The translations under genes were made by a program, and so were the position numbers. A stretch of DNA of 62,817 bases, counting the filler, from Nitrospinota bacterium (lineage in GTDB: Bacteria; JADFOP01), in NCBI GenBank assembly GCA_022562795.1. It is 9 parts of 9 records of this genome, joined end to end, with 100 filler letters (N's around TTAATTAATTAA, not from the genome) between each part and the next. Parts side by side here need not be neighbours in the genome. Positions count along the whole stretch, not along the records: positions 1 to 12,319 come from JADFOP010000052.1; positions 12,420 to 24,542 come from JADFOP010000053.1; 7 more parts are not named here. One strand, given 5' to 3'. The notes beneath the pieces were generated by a model. The model saw only the letters and a list, made by a program, of their open reading frames with translations. It was not told the DNA's origin and ran no database searches. Each line of letters begins with the position of its first letter. Position 1 is the first letter of the stretch. Positions 7,708 through 17,659 of the stretch are shown here, piece after piece.

Positions 7708-8883
7708 CTAGAACCCGACCTCCTGGATGCGTTGTGTCGCTTCGGCGAGCCTCTCTTCCCCCACGGTGAGCGCGATCCGGCAGTAGCCCTCGCCGGCGGC
7801 ACCGAAGCCCACCCCAGGGGTCACCACGATGCCGGTCTGCCTAAGCAGGTGGGCGGCGCAGTCTGTTGAGGCCAGCCCCGGAGGGCATGCGAACCAGACG
7901 TAGAAGGTGGCCCGAGGCCGCTCGACCTCGAGGCCCGCTTTACGTAGCCCCTCTACAACCACATCTCTTCGACCCTGGTATGTGCGCCGCATCTCGGCTA
8001 CACAATCCTGGGAGCCGCTCAAAGCCGCGATGCCCGCCTCCTGGACGGCCTGGAAAATCCCGCTATCGATGTTGGTCTTAATGCGCCCGAGGCCAGCCAC
8101 GAGCTGAGCGGCGCCGACGGCAAACCCGATCCGCCAGCCCGTCATGTTGTAGGTCTTGGAGAGGGAGTGAAACTCGATAGCTACTTCCTTGGCCCCCTCG
8201 ACTTCGAGGATCGAGGGTGGGCGGAAGCCATCGTAGGCCATCTCGGTATAGGCGGCATCGTGGGCCAGAGCCACGTTGTGCTCGGCCGCCCAGTCCACTA
8301 GCTCCTCGAAGAAGGAGAGCTCACAGCAAGCCGCGGTCGGGTTGTTGGGGTAGTTGAAGAAAAATAGCTTGGCACGCCGGGCAACCTCGGCGGGAATCTC
8401 CTCGAGCGCCGGCAGGAAACCACGGTCTTGCCGAAGAGGGACGGGATGAGGCTCCCCGCCGGCGAATAGGACCGAGGTGCGGTAGACGGGGTAGCCGGGC
8501 TCGGAGTAGAGGACCAGGTCGCCGGGGTTGACGAAGGCCAACGGCAGGTGGGCTATTCCCTCCTTGGAGCCGATGAGGCTTACCACCTCATCCTCCGGCT
8601 CGAGCGCCACATCGAAACGGCCACGGTACCAGTCGGCAACGGCCCGACGAAACTCAATCATCCCTTCGTAGGAGGGGTAGCGGTGGTTGGCCGCCTTCTC
8701 GGCCGCCCCCTGGAGGGCCTCGACTATATGAGCCGGGGTGGGCAGGTCAGGGTCGCCCACGCCGAGGTCGATGATATCGGCCCCCTTGGCTCGCTCCTCG
8801 TCGCGCATCCGGTCGATCTCGGCGAAGAGGTACGGCGGAAGAGCGCTCAAGCGCTGGGCCTGGGAAATCTCCAGGTCTGCCAT
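7708..8883 (-). CDS. dapL: LL-diaminopimelate aminotransferase
   Basis: Class I/II PLP aminotransferase (LPPYLFAEID, NYPNNPT, SLSKTYNMTGWRIG) in a dap/lys operon. Confidence 0.85.
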   Translation of the reverse strand: MADLEISQAQRLSALPPYLFAEIDRMRDEERAKGADIIDLGVGDPDLPTPAHIVEALQGAAEKAANHRYPSYEGMIEFRRAVADWYRGRFDVALEPEDEVVSLIGSKEGIAHLPLAFVNPGDLVLYSEPGYPVYRTSVLFAGGEPHPVPLRQDRGFLPALEEIPAEVARRAKLFFFNYPNNPTAACCELSFFEELVDWAAEHNVALAHDAAYTEMAYDGFRPPSILEVEGAKEVAIEFHSLSKTYNMTGWRIGFAVGAAQLVAGLGRIKTNIDSGIFQAVQEAGIAALSGSQDCVAEMRRTYQGRRDVVVEGLRKAGLEVERPRATFYVWFACPPGLASTDCAAHLLRQTGIVVTPGVGFGAAGEGYCRIALTVGEERLAEATQRIQEVGF

Positions 8884-8945
8884 GAATCTTCCTCACTCAA
8901 TACGGTTGATGCCTCGGCTCAGGGCCGGCAGGAGAACACCGTCGG

Positions 8946-9755
8946 CTACTCTCTGAGGCCCAGGACGTCTTGCATGTCGTAGAGGCCCGGCGGCTGGTCG
9001 ACCACCCAGCGGGCGGCGCGGGCCGCCCCACGGGCGAAGTTGTCCCGGTTGTGCGCCCGGTGGGTAAGCTCCAGCCGCTCGCCGATGCCACCGAACATCA
9101 GGGTGTGGTCACCCGTTATGTCGCCGGCCCGAAGAGTCATAATGGCGATCTCCTCGCCCCGGCGCTCCCCTATGATTCCATGGCGACCGTAAACTCCCAC
9201 CGACTCAAGGTCCCGGCCAAGGGCCTCGGCCACCACCTCGCCGAGGCGGACGGCCGTCCCGCTCGGGGCGTCCTTTTTGAAGCGGTGGTGGGCCTCGACG
9301 ATCTCCACGTCGTAGTCCTCACCAAGGAGACGGGCCAGCTCGGCGGCTACCTTGAACATGACGTTTACGCCGACCGACATGTTGGGGGCCACCACCGAGC
9401 GGGTCGTGGGACCGATCTTCTCTATGGCGGCGCGTTGCTCGTCGGTGAAGCCCGTCGTCCCGATGACCACGGCGCAGCCACCCTCGGCAGCAGCGTTGAG
9501 GTGGGCGATGCTCGCCTCGGGGTGGGTGAAGTCTAGGACCACGTCGGCCCCTCCAAGGGCCTCAGCCAGGCTTCCCACGACGGCCACCCCCTGAGGCTCG
9601 GCCCCGGCCACGACGCCGGCGTCCTGGCCGACGGCGGGGTGGTCTGGCCGCTCAACCGCCCCGGCCAGGGTTAGCTCAGGATGGGCGATGACCTGATGGA
9701 CGACGCGCCCGCCCATCCGACCGGATGCGCCGCAGACCACGGCACGGACCATCAC
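8946..9755 (-). CDS. dapB: 4-hydroxy-tetrahydrodipicolinate reductase
   Basis: GASGRMG, GTTG, APNMSVGVN, EAHHRFKKDAPSGTA. Confidence 0.96.
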   Translation of the reverse strand: MMVRAVVCGASGRMGGRVVHQVIAHPELTLAGAVERPDHPAVGQDAGVVAGAEPQGVAVVGSLAEALGGADVVLDFTHPEASIAHLNAAAEGGCAVVIGTTGFTDEQRAAIEKIGPTTRSVVAPNMSVGVNVMFKVAAELARLLGEDYDVEIVEAHHRFKKDAPSGTAVRLGEVVAEALGRDLESVGVYGRHGIIGERRGEEIAIMTLRAGDITGDHTLMFGGIGERLELTHRAHNRDNFARGAARAARWVVDQPPGLYDMQDVLGLRE

Positions 9756-9794
9756 ATTCTCCTCACTCGACGGTGTCGGCGGACTGAGACGCCG

Positions 9795-10667
9795 CTACAG
9801 GACGCCGGCCTCCTTGAGCACGGAGGCGAGCCGCCCCTCGTTGGCCTCGCTCAAGGGGCTGAGAGGGAGCCGGACCTCCCCTGTGATCCTGCCCATGAGC
9901 TTTAAAGCCGTCTTGACCGGGATGGGGTTCGTCTCCATGAACATCGCCTTGTTGATGGGCCTAAGGTAATAGTGGAGCTCTCTTGCGCGGTCCCACTCAC
10001 CCTTCAGGGCTGCGTCGCAAAGGGCCGCCATCTTGTCGGGAACGATATTGCTCACGACACAGATAACCCCCCTCCCGCCGACGCTGATCAGCGGAAGGAC
10101 CGTGAAATCGTCCCCTGAGACCACCACGAAATCCTCCGGACAGAGGGCGATTACGTCGGCGATCTGGGAGAGGTCGCCCGTCGCTTCCTTGATGCCGACG
10201 ATGTTAGGCAGCTCCGCGGCGCGGGCCACCTCGTCGGGCAGCATGTTGCGCCCCGTCCGGCTGGGCACGTTGTACATTATGATCGGCAAGCTCGTCGCCT
10301 CGGCCACAGCCTTGAAGTGCTCGTAGAGCCCCTGTGGGTTCGGCTTGTTGTAATAAGGGGTGATGACGAGGCAACCGCTGGCCCCGGCCCGCTCAGCATG
10401 CTGAGTCAGATCGATCGACTCGCTGGTGGAGTTGGAGCCGGTCCCGGCGATCACGGGCACACGGCCGGCGGCTTGCTCTATGGCCACTTCCACCACGCGG
10501 TGGTGCTCCTCGTGACTGAGGGTCGCCGACTCCCCCGTCGTCCCGCACGGGACAATGCCGTGTATGCCTCCCTCAATCTGGAAGTCGATGAGCCCCCGGA
10601 ATGCGGCCTCGTCGAACTCGCCGTCCCGGAAGGGTGTGACGATGGCAGTGAAGCAGCCCTGAAACAT
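9795..10667 (-). CDS. dapA: 4-hydroxy-tetrahydrodipicolinate synthase
   Basis: GTTGES, YNVPSRTG, GIKEATG, SGDD, ETNPIPVK. Confidence 0.96.
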   Translation of the reverse strand: MFQGCFTAIVTPFRDGEFDEAAFRGLIDFQIEGGIHGIVPCGTTGESATLSHEEHHRVVEVAIEQAAGRVPVIAGTGSNSTSESIDLTQHAERAGASGCLVITPYYNKPNPQGLYEHFKAVAEATSLPIIMYNVPSRTGRNMLPDEVARAAELPNIVGIKEATGDLSQIADVIALCPEDFVVVSGDDFTVLPLISVGGRGVICVVSNIVPDKMAALCDAALKGEWDRARELHYYLRPINKAMFMETNPIPVKTALKLMGRITGEVRLPLSPLSEANEGRLASVLKEAGVL

Positions 10668-10682
10668 GATGACAACCCCCCC

Positions 10683-11945
10683 TTAGAGCAAAAAGTCGGG
10701 AATGATCTCCCCCCGGACTAAGTCCTCGTAGCTCTCCCGCTGTCGGATGACGTGATAGTCCGAGCCCTCCACGAGGACCTCGGCGACCCGAGGCCGGGAG
10801 TTGTAATTGCTTGACATGGAAAAGCCGTAGGCCCCGGCGCTCATCACGGCCACGAGATCCCCCTGCGCCAGAGGCGGCAGGGGCCGGTCTTTTGCCAAAA
10901 AGTCGCCGCTCTCGCATACGGGCCCCACAACATCGACCGGAGAGCGGGGCGCCTCGGCGTCGGCCTCGGCCACCGGCCAGATGGCCTGGTAGGCCCCGTA
11001 TAGGCTCGGGCGGGCCAAGTCGTTCATGGCCGCGTCCACGACGAGGAACGTCTTCTCCTGGTGCGCCTTGGTATAGAGCACTCGGCTTACCAGCACCCCG
11101 GCGTTGCCCACGATGACCCGGCCGGGCTCGAAGATGAATGTCACCCCCAGGCCGTCCATTGCCGGCAGGAGCGCCTCTGCAAGCTCTTTCACGTCGGGCG
11201 GGTCCTCGTCCTCGTAGGTGATGCCCAGCCCGCCTCCAAGGTTTATGTAGCTGATGGCGATCCCTTCGGCCATGAGCTTCTCCACCAGAACGACGATCCT
11301 CCCCAGAGCGTCCACGAATGGGCTCGCCTGGGTAATCTGGCTTCCAATGTGGCTGTGAAGGCCCACGACCTCGAGGTGGTCCATCTCAGCGGCCCGCCGA
11401 AAAGCCTCCAAGGCCTCGGAGAAGGGGATGCCGAACTTGCTCTCCCTCAGGCCGGTGGCGATGTAAGGGTGGGTGGCCGGGTCGACGTCGGGGTTGACCC
11501 TGAGCGCCACCGGCGCCCTGAGGCCGAGCTCGCCGGCCACTGAGTCAATGACCTCAATCTCCTGGCGGCCCTCTACGTTGAACATGAGAACCCCGGCTCT
11601 GAGCGCCCCAGCGATCTCCTCCCGGGTCTTGCCTACCCCGGCGAAGACGATGCGTTTGGGGTCGGCCCCGGCGAGAATCGCCCGGTAGAGCTCGCCTCCC
11701 GAGACGATGTCCACGCCACCGCCCATATTTATAAAAAGCTTGAGGATGGCCAGGTTGGAGTTGGCTTTCACGGCGAAGCAGATGAGATGGTCCACCGAGT
11801 CGAAGGCCTCTTCAAAGGCCCTCCAGTGGCGCACCAGAGTGGCATGGCTATAGCAGTAGAAGGGCGTCCCGACATCGGCGGCGATCCGCTCGAGGGGCGC
11901 CTCTTCGCAGTGAAGCCATCCATCTATGTATGAAAAGTCGCTCAT
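10683..11945 (-). CDS. lysA: diaminopimelate decarboxylase
   Basis: [35 protein letters not shown]; start set at ATG 11945. Confidence 0.96.
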   Translation of the reverse strand: MSDFSYIDGWLHCEEAPLERIAADVGTPFYCYSHATLVRHWRAFEEAFDSVDHLICFAVKANSNLAILKLFINMGGGVDIVSGGELYRAILAGADPKRIVFAGVGKTREEIAGALRAGVLMFNVEGRQEIEVIDSVAGELGLRAPVALRVNPDVDPATHPYIATGLRESKFGIPFSEALEAFRRAAEMDHLEVVGLHSHIGSQITQASPFVDALGRIVVLVEKLMAEGIAISYINLGGGLGITYEDEDPPDVKELAEALLPAMDGLGVTFIFEPGRVIVGNAGVLVSRVLYTKAHQEKTFLVVDAAMNDLARPSLYGAYQAIWPVAEADAEAPRSPVDVVGPVCESGDFLAKDRPLPPLAQGDLVAVMSAGAYGFSMSSNYNSRPRVAEVLVEGSDYHVIRQRESYEDLVRGEIIPDFLL

Positions 11946-12040
11946 CGACCCAGGGGTCCTTTTCGGGGATGTCCGAAGGTGCGGTACGTAGCTTCTCAAC
12001 TTAGCATCGCCCAAAGGCAGCGTCAAGAAGCAACGGGGCC

Positions 12041-12301
12041 TTAAGGCGGGGGAGGAGGCTTCACAGGGCGGGGCTTCTCGGAGCGGATCGGTTCAGTCTC
12101 CGAAGGAGTCTTTGCCATGGGCGCCGGGGCCTTAAGAGAGCGGGCAGGGGGAGTCGGAGCCCCCTTTTTGCCGCAGCCGCCAGCAGCGGCCAGCCCGACG
12201 GCCAGCCCCAACGCCGCCGCGACCATCGTCCCCCGTCCTAAGCGCCAGATGCCGGCTCTCTCCGCCGGAAAGGCTCCATCCCTACTTTCGCCCCGGTTCA
12301 C
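12041..12301 (-). CDS. small lipoprotein upstream of lysA (LppL/LptM-like)
   Basis: Hydrophobic stretch followed by GGCGKKG-P-PP lipobox pattern; typical position before lysA. Confidence 0.65.
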   Translation of the reverse strand: MNRGESRDGAFPAERAGIWRLGRGTMVAAALGLAVGLAAAGGCGKKGAPTPPARSLKAPAPMAKTPSETEPIRSEKPRPVKPPPPP

Positions 12302-12319
12302 CGCTTCGCCCGACGTAGC

Positions 12320-12419
12320 NNNNNNNNNNNNNNNNNNNNNNNNNNNNNNNNNNNNNNNNNNNNTTAATTAATTAANNNNNNNNNNNNNNNNNNNNNNNNN
12401 NNNNNNNNNNNNNNNNNNN
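12320..12419. other. artificial contig linker (N-TTAATTAATTAA-N); further linkers at 24543..24642, 36550..36649, 39763..39862, 42894..42993, 54088..54187, 56808..56907, 59059..59158
   Basis: Identical 100-nt N runs with an all-frame stop core, eight times. Confidence 0.98.
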
Positions 12420-14423
12420 AGGGAAACCTGTTCGGCCTGATGAGGGCGCTGCTGCGATCTCAGGACGGGGCAGGCTCGCGCCCCTCGCCCTGTTCGTCGG
12501 GGGGATGTAGAAGCCCGTCGGAAGCCCCGAGCCGGAGCGGGCCTCGGCACGAGGCGGTGCGTAACGAGCAGTGAAGCCCGATCGGGTGTACGCCGGAGGC
12601 GGCGCCACGGGGGCGTGAGCCCTCGCTGGGGCCGGAGCGTAGGATCGCCTCGACAGGGTCCGAGTCCTAGACGGCGGTGGGGCAGTAGCCGTAAAGCGTT
12701 GGGGCCGCTGATCTTCAGCCGGGGGCATGAGCATTACTCTGGCTGGACGGCGGCCTCCCATGGCGACCCTCTTAGCGCCATTCGGCTGTGAGGAAAACCC
12801 CCAGCCGTGACGGGTCGGGAAAAGGACGAGGGCGCGCTGCCGGGGGGCAAGCTCCGCCCGCTGAATTTCCTCTGCCTGCTCCTCTTTCTCCATCTCCTCC
12901 AGGATGGACTTGACATCCTCCGGCGGGAGTTCATCTTTCCTGTCCAACAGGTCTGGCGCCTGTGGCTTGTCCTCCATGTGTAGGAGTGTGGAGATCACCG
13001 CCCCGCCGGAACGGTTGTCGACGACCGATCCGACGAAGTCGCCCCGCTTGCCCGTGCCGTAATCGTTGCGGAGCACGTAAAGCGTGGCGTGGGTGACGTT
13101 CTTCAGCTTAACCCCTGTTCTCTCGTCGATGAGCGTCGTCCCCTCGCCCACACCGGTCGTCTCAAGCACGCTAAAGGTGGGCCTGCCGGCGCAAGCACCC
13201 CCCGCGTCGGGGCAGAGCGCGGCCTTGAAGGTCTGATATAGGCGGTCGTCAGTGGAGTCGTTGCCCGGAGATGATGGCTGAAGCATCGGCCTTAGCGTCC
13301 TGACAGCGCCGATGTTCTCGAATTTGGTCACCCGGAGGTGCTTGTCCAGGGCCGGGTCGAGGGTGATGGTGAAGTGCTGTTTGTGGGGATCCAGGCGGCT
13401 GGTCAGCCAGTTGAGGCCGAAGAGCATCATGACGTGTGGCTGGTTCAGGTAATCCCTAAAGTCGAAGTTGCACTTCTGGCCGGGCGCGGTTCGATCGCAG
13501 GTAAGGACGTTCCTATCGCATGAGAGGTTGCCGACGATGCTGGCCCGTCGAAGGGGGTCGCCCCCCATGAAGCCTTCCCGGTAGGTGAAGTGGAACCCCT
13601 CGCCTCGATGCATGCACGCCCAGCTGAGGCGTTGCGCGTTGCCGTACTTATGCTGGTACGGCAAGGCGTCAGTGTTAAAGGTCAACTTGATGGCCTGGGT
13701 AATGGGGTTGATCCGAATCTCATCGCCGGGCTTTTTAATAATGTTGCGAACCACGCAATTGTCCCGGTTCTCATCGCACATCTTGATGCGGACGGGAAAG
13801 GTTGACGACTCGTCAGGCTCGACCCATCCGGCCTTCGCCTCCTTGTTCTTTGCGATGTCCCGTCGGATTTTGTAGACGATCTCCCCGGTGGTCGGGTCCT
13901 TTTTGAATAGGAAAGCGGTGGTCTTCCCGTCTTCGCTGCCTCCGAAGATGAACCGCTTGCCGCTCTCATCGATGTACTCGAAGATGGCCTCGGACGTATA
14001 CTCGGAGAGGTCCTGGTCGGGAAAGAGCGCCCGGTATAGCTGCAAATTGCGGTTGCGGACCCCCGTCTGGTAGGGCTTGAGCTCGAGGAAGCCGTCCGGG
14101 GTAACGCTCGCCTCGACGGAGGAGCCATCGACGGTCACGAGGCCCGCCAGCCCCCCGTCGCGGCCGCCGCTGATGGCGAAGACGCTCCGGCCGTTTTGGA
14201 TGCCGTAGATCAGGGGTGGTTTGCCAGCCAGGTCTTCGGGGGTTAAGACTTCGTCGACCTGGCCACCCTGGCGCTGGAAGTCCGCAAGGGCGTCGACCAG
14301 AGATCCACCGATGGACAGCCGCTTCTGAGGCTGGGGGAACCATGACTGAGCTGAGACAGGGATGGCGGACGTCGTGAAAACCAGGAGAGAGATAACAATA
14401 AGGAAAAAAAACATTCGTCTCAT
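12420..14423 (-). CDS. large secreted hypothetical protein with Pro/Arg/Ala-rich C-terminal region, truncated by contig end
   Basis: Signal peptide MRRMFFFLIVISLLVFTTSAIPVSA; long ORF with several Cys; start could also be 14438. Confidence 0.75.
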
Positions 14424-14713
14424 AGCCAATACCCCCATTCCGAACTCCCAGGTCCGGGAGATTTCGGGTTGACTCTTTGGGCTATGAAGCACGAACGGTT
14501 TCTCGGTACGAAGCGCATTATACACGCAAAGAGACTGTTTGACAAGAGGATGGCTACTATTTTCTCGAAAAATCCTTACCGTCACTTAACATAATATAAT
14601 ACAAACAATTAGTATGCTTCTAGGAAGCAAATAAGGGCCAGGAAGGCTGCTGATTAGCTGAATGAGGGGGCCGCCAGCCCGGCTCAGGGGTGGCAAATGA
14701 CTCGCGTTCCCAA

Positions 14714-15082
14714 TCAGGCTGGTGGCGTGGTACGGGCGAGGAGTTCGCGGATGGCGGCTTTGAGCTGGTGCGTGTCCCCCGACTTGACGATGTAGGCGTC
14801 GGAGGCCCATGTCTTGAAATCCTGCTTGAGCTCCGGGTAGGCCGTGCAAATGACTATAGGGGTGCGGTGGTTTTCGGAGCGGTAGGCCTCGAGGAACTCG
14901 ATGCCATCCATTACGGGCATCTTGAGATCGAGGGTGATGAGGTCCGGGCCAAAAGATGCGCAGGCTGACAGGGCCTCCTGCCCATTAATTGCCCGCTGCA
15001 CCCGGTAGCCGTCATCGGCGAGCTCCTCCTCTAGGAGCCGGGCCACGCCCTCGTCGTCTTCAATTATAAGAATTTTCTTCAT
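14714..15082 (-). CDS. single-domain response regulator receiver protein
   Basis: KKILIIEDD, DLITLDLKMPVMDG, CTAY, YIVK. Confidence 0.9.
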   Translation of the reverse strand: MKKILIIEDDEGVARLLEEELADDGYRVQRAINGQEALSACASFGPDLITLDLKMPVMDGIEFLEAYRSENHRTPIVICTAYPELKQDFKTWASDAYIVKSGDTHQLKAAIRELLARTTPPA

Positions 15083-15461
15083 CGTCGAGCTCCTTCCGGT
15101 GGGTGGTCGCCCGTCCACCCGCCCCTGGGCGTAGCGGTGAGCCGGTCTCGTATGTACGGATGTAGTATTCGAGACACTCCTTGATGAGTTCGTCCTCACG
15201 GTCCTCAAAGAGAATATCCGTCTCCTCCATCATAAATCCTACAACTGCTTAAGGTTCAAGGACTTAAGGCCGAACGCGCGGTCACAAAAAAAGCCTTCAG
15301 GCAATAATGGCGAGCCTTAAAGGCCATTTGAACACCTCCCGACCGTAGAGGGGGAGACTTTCTACCATAAATATACTTCCTCTATCGTCGTCTTCGCAAC
15401 TCGATTCGCCGCCAAGCCACGTCCAGCGTGGCTCAATGGCAGGCTCTGGGCCTATGATTCA

Positions 15462-15579
15462 TTATCCACAGATGTGGACAATCTTGTGGATAACCCCTAA
15501 ATATTGTATCCTCCCCAGATGAGGCCACAGCCCGTTGGGGCCTCATGCCTCCATACTGAGAATCAGAAGTTGTGGGGAA
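15462..15579. promoter_or_regulatory. DnaA-box cluster
   Basis: TTATCCACA 15462..15470; reverse TTGTCCACA 15473..15481; reverse TTATCCACA 15485..15493; degenerate reverse TTCCCCACA 15571..15579. Confidence 0.7.
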
Positions 15580-15602
15580 AATTCGCTCCATGAGCTCAAA
15601 CC

Positions 15603-16526
15603 ATGCCACTTAAGAGACCACCGACCTTACAAAAGGGAGATCGGGTGGCCCTACTCGCCCCCGCAGGGCCCGTCTCGCGCCGTGCCCTGAGCGAAGCCCG
15701 AGCTTCCCTGAGCGCCCTCGATCTGGTCGTTGAGACTAAAGGGGAGCCCACCGCCAAGCTCCGCTACCTTGCGGGGCCAGATGAGGCTCGGGCAGAGGCC
15801 CTCCACGAGGCCTTCGCCGACCCCGCCGTCCGGGCAATTTTTGCTCTGCGGGGCGGCTACGGGACGACCCGTCTGCTGCCGCTGCTCGACCTTGGACTCA
15901 TCCGGGCCAACCCGACCATCTTCGTAGGCTCGAGCGACGTTACAGCGTTGCTCACCGCCCTGGTCCAGCAGGCGGGCCTCGTGGCCTTCCACGGCCCCTC
16001 CGCCACCGAGCCATTCTACCGCGAGTCCGACCCAGAGGTCTTAAAGCGCTTCTGGAGCCTCCTCAGCGTGCCTGAGCCACTGGGGGAGGTCCGCCCTTCG
16101 GGGCTTAGGGTTTTGAGGGGAGGCCGGGCCCGAGGCCGCCTCATGGGCGGATGCCTCTCCCTGCTTGCCGCAACAGCCGGCACACCCTGGCAGCTCAATG
16201 CTCGCGGGGCGGTCTTATTTCTAGAAGACGTGGACGAAGCCGCCTACCGGATTGACCGGATGCTTACCCAGCTATCCCAGGCTGGGGCGCTGGAGGGTGT
16301 CGTGGCCGTCGTTGTGGGAGAGATGGTCCGCTGCCCCGTGCCCCAGGGGGAGGCCTGGAGCCTCGACGACGTCCTCCTCGACCGTCTCGGCCCGCTGGAG
16401 GTGCCCATCCTGGCGGGGTTTCCCGCCGGCCACGGCCGCAATGAGGTGGTCTTGCCCCTGGGGGTTGAGGTAGAGGTCGACGCCGAGGCGGGCCTGCTCA
16501 CCGTCTTAGAGGCCGCTGTCTCATGA
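15603..16526 (+). CDS. ldcA: LD-carboxypeptidase (peptidase S66)
   Basis: RGGYG, GSSDVT, GGCLS, LFLEDV, GHG. Confidence 0.9.
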   Translation: MPLKRPPTLQKGDRVALLAPAGPVSRRALSEARASLSALDLVVETKGEPTAKLRYLAGPDEARAEALHEAFADPAVRAIFALRGGYGTTRLLPLLDLGLIRANPTIFVGSSDVTALLTALVQQAGLVAFHGPSATEPFYRESDPEVLKRFWSLLSVPEPLGEVRPSGLRVLRGGRARGRLMGGCLSLLAATAGTPWQLNARGAVLFLEDVDEAAYRIDRMLTQLSQAGALEGVVAVVVGEMVRCPVPQGEAWSLDDVLLDRLGPLEVPILAGFPAGHGRNEVVLPLGVEVEVDAEAGLLTVLEAAVS

Positions 16527-17659
16527 GGGGTTTTGAAGAGCCCGCCGCCCTGCTCCGCGAGGCCGTAGCAGAAGGGGTCGTCCCCGGAGGGGTGGCGCGG
16601 GTCGGTGTGGGAGAAGAGATCCTCTGGGAGGAGGCCGTCGGCTGGGCGGCAATCGTCCCGGAGCGGCGGGACGCCACACCTGAGACCGTCTACGACGTGG
16701 CGTCGCTCACCAAGGTCGCCGCCACGACCTCGGCCGCCTGTCTCCTGGCCGAACGAGGGGCCCTGGGACTCGACGGCCGGGTAGGGGAACACCTGCCCGG
16801 CTGGCCCCCAGACAAGGCTGCGCTCACCGTCCGGCAGCTGCTTACCCACACGGCTGGTCTGGCAGGATGGAAGGCCTACTGGAGGATGTGGCTAGAGACG
16901 CACGATCTCAAAGGTCATGAGGCAAGTCCCTCGCGGGACTCGAAAGGATGGGTGCTGGAGACCATAGCGAGCGACGATCTCATCTCCGAGCCGGGCGCAG
17001 CCTGCAAATACTCCGACCCGGGCTTCATCGTCCTCTGGGAGCTTTTGGAGCGGGTCGCGGGCGAGCCACTGGGGGCTTTCCTCGCCCGGGAGCTCTTCGG
17101 GCCCCTGGGGATGGACTCCACCTTTTTCGTGGACATTACCACGAACGAGCCCCTACCAGTGGAGCGTGGTCGCATTGCACCGACGGAGGATTGCCCTACC
17201 CGCGGCCGTCTCCTTTGCGGTGAAGTCCACGATCTCAACGCATGGGCCCTGGGCGGGGTAGCCGGCCACGCGGGGCTTTTCACAACAGCGGCCGACCTCC
17301 ACAGGCTGGGGGCCGCCTGGCTCTCGGGAATCAGAGGAGAGTCCCATGGGCCCTTCACCCCGCCGTGGGCGGCGGAGTTTGTTCGCCTCCAGCGGCCCGA
17401 TCTCGAATCCCCTTACGCCCTTGGCTGGGATAGCCCTCAAGGCGAAGGCTCCCTGGCAGGGGGGTTGCTCGGCCCGGGCGCACGCGGCCACTGGGGCTAC
17501 ACCGGCTGTAGCCTCTGGCTCGATCCCGCCAGTGGGCTCGTCATCGTTCTGTTGACGAACCGACCCCATCCCCACGACACCCCTCCCGAGGCGATGGCGG
17601 CCTTCCGGCCCCGCCTCCACGACGCCGTCGTGTCCGCCGCCGAGAAGGCCCTCCGGTGA
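16523..17659 (+). CDS. serine hydrolase, beta-lactamase/AmpC-like family
   Basis: SLTK (SxxK), LLTHTAG, YSD, VHD-NA, GHAGLF, GHWGYTG. Confidence 0.88.
   Translation: MRGFEEPAALLREAVAEGVVPGGVARVGVGEEILWEEAVGWAAIVPERRDATPETVYDVASLTKVAATTSAACLLAERGALGLDGRVGEHLPGWPPDKAALTVRQLLTHTAGLAGWKAYWRMWLETHDLKGHEASPSRDSKGWVLETIASDDLISEPGAACKYSDPGFIVLWELLERVAGEPLGAFLARELFGPLGMDSTFFVDITTNEPLPVERGRIAPTEDCPTRGRLLCGEVHDLNAWALGGVAGHAGLFTTAADLHRLGAAWLSGIRGESHGPFTPPWAAEFVRLQRPDLESPYALGWDSPQGEGSLAGGLLGPGARGHWGYTGCSLWLDPASGLVIVLLTNRPHPHDTPPEAMAAFRPRLHDAVVSAAEKALR

Noticed and set aside
12320-12419. Recurring TTAATTAATTAA within N runs (eight copies)
   Set aside because: Artificial contig linker; ORFs crossing it and adjacency across it are artefacts
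16523-17659. Beta-lactam resistance gene
   Set aside because: No signal peptide and located between ldcA and mpl; more consistent with a peptidoglycan-recycling hydrolase
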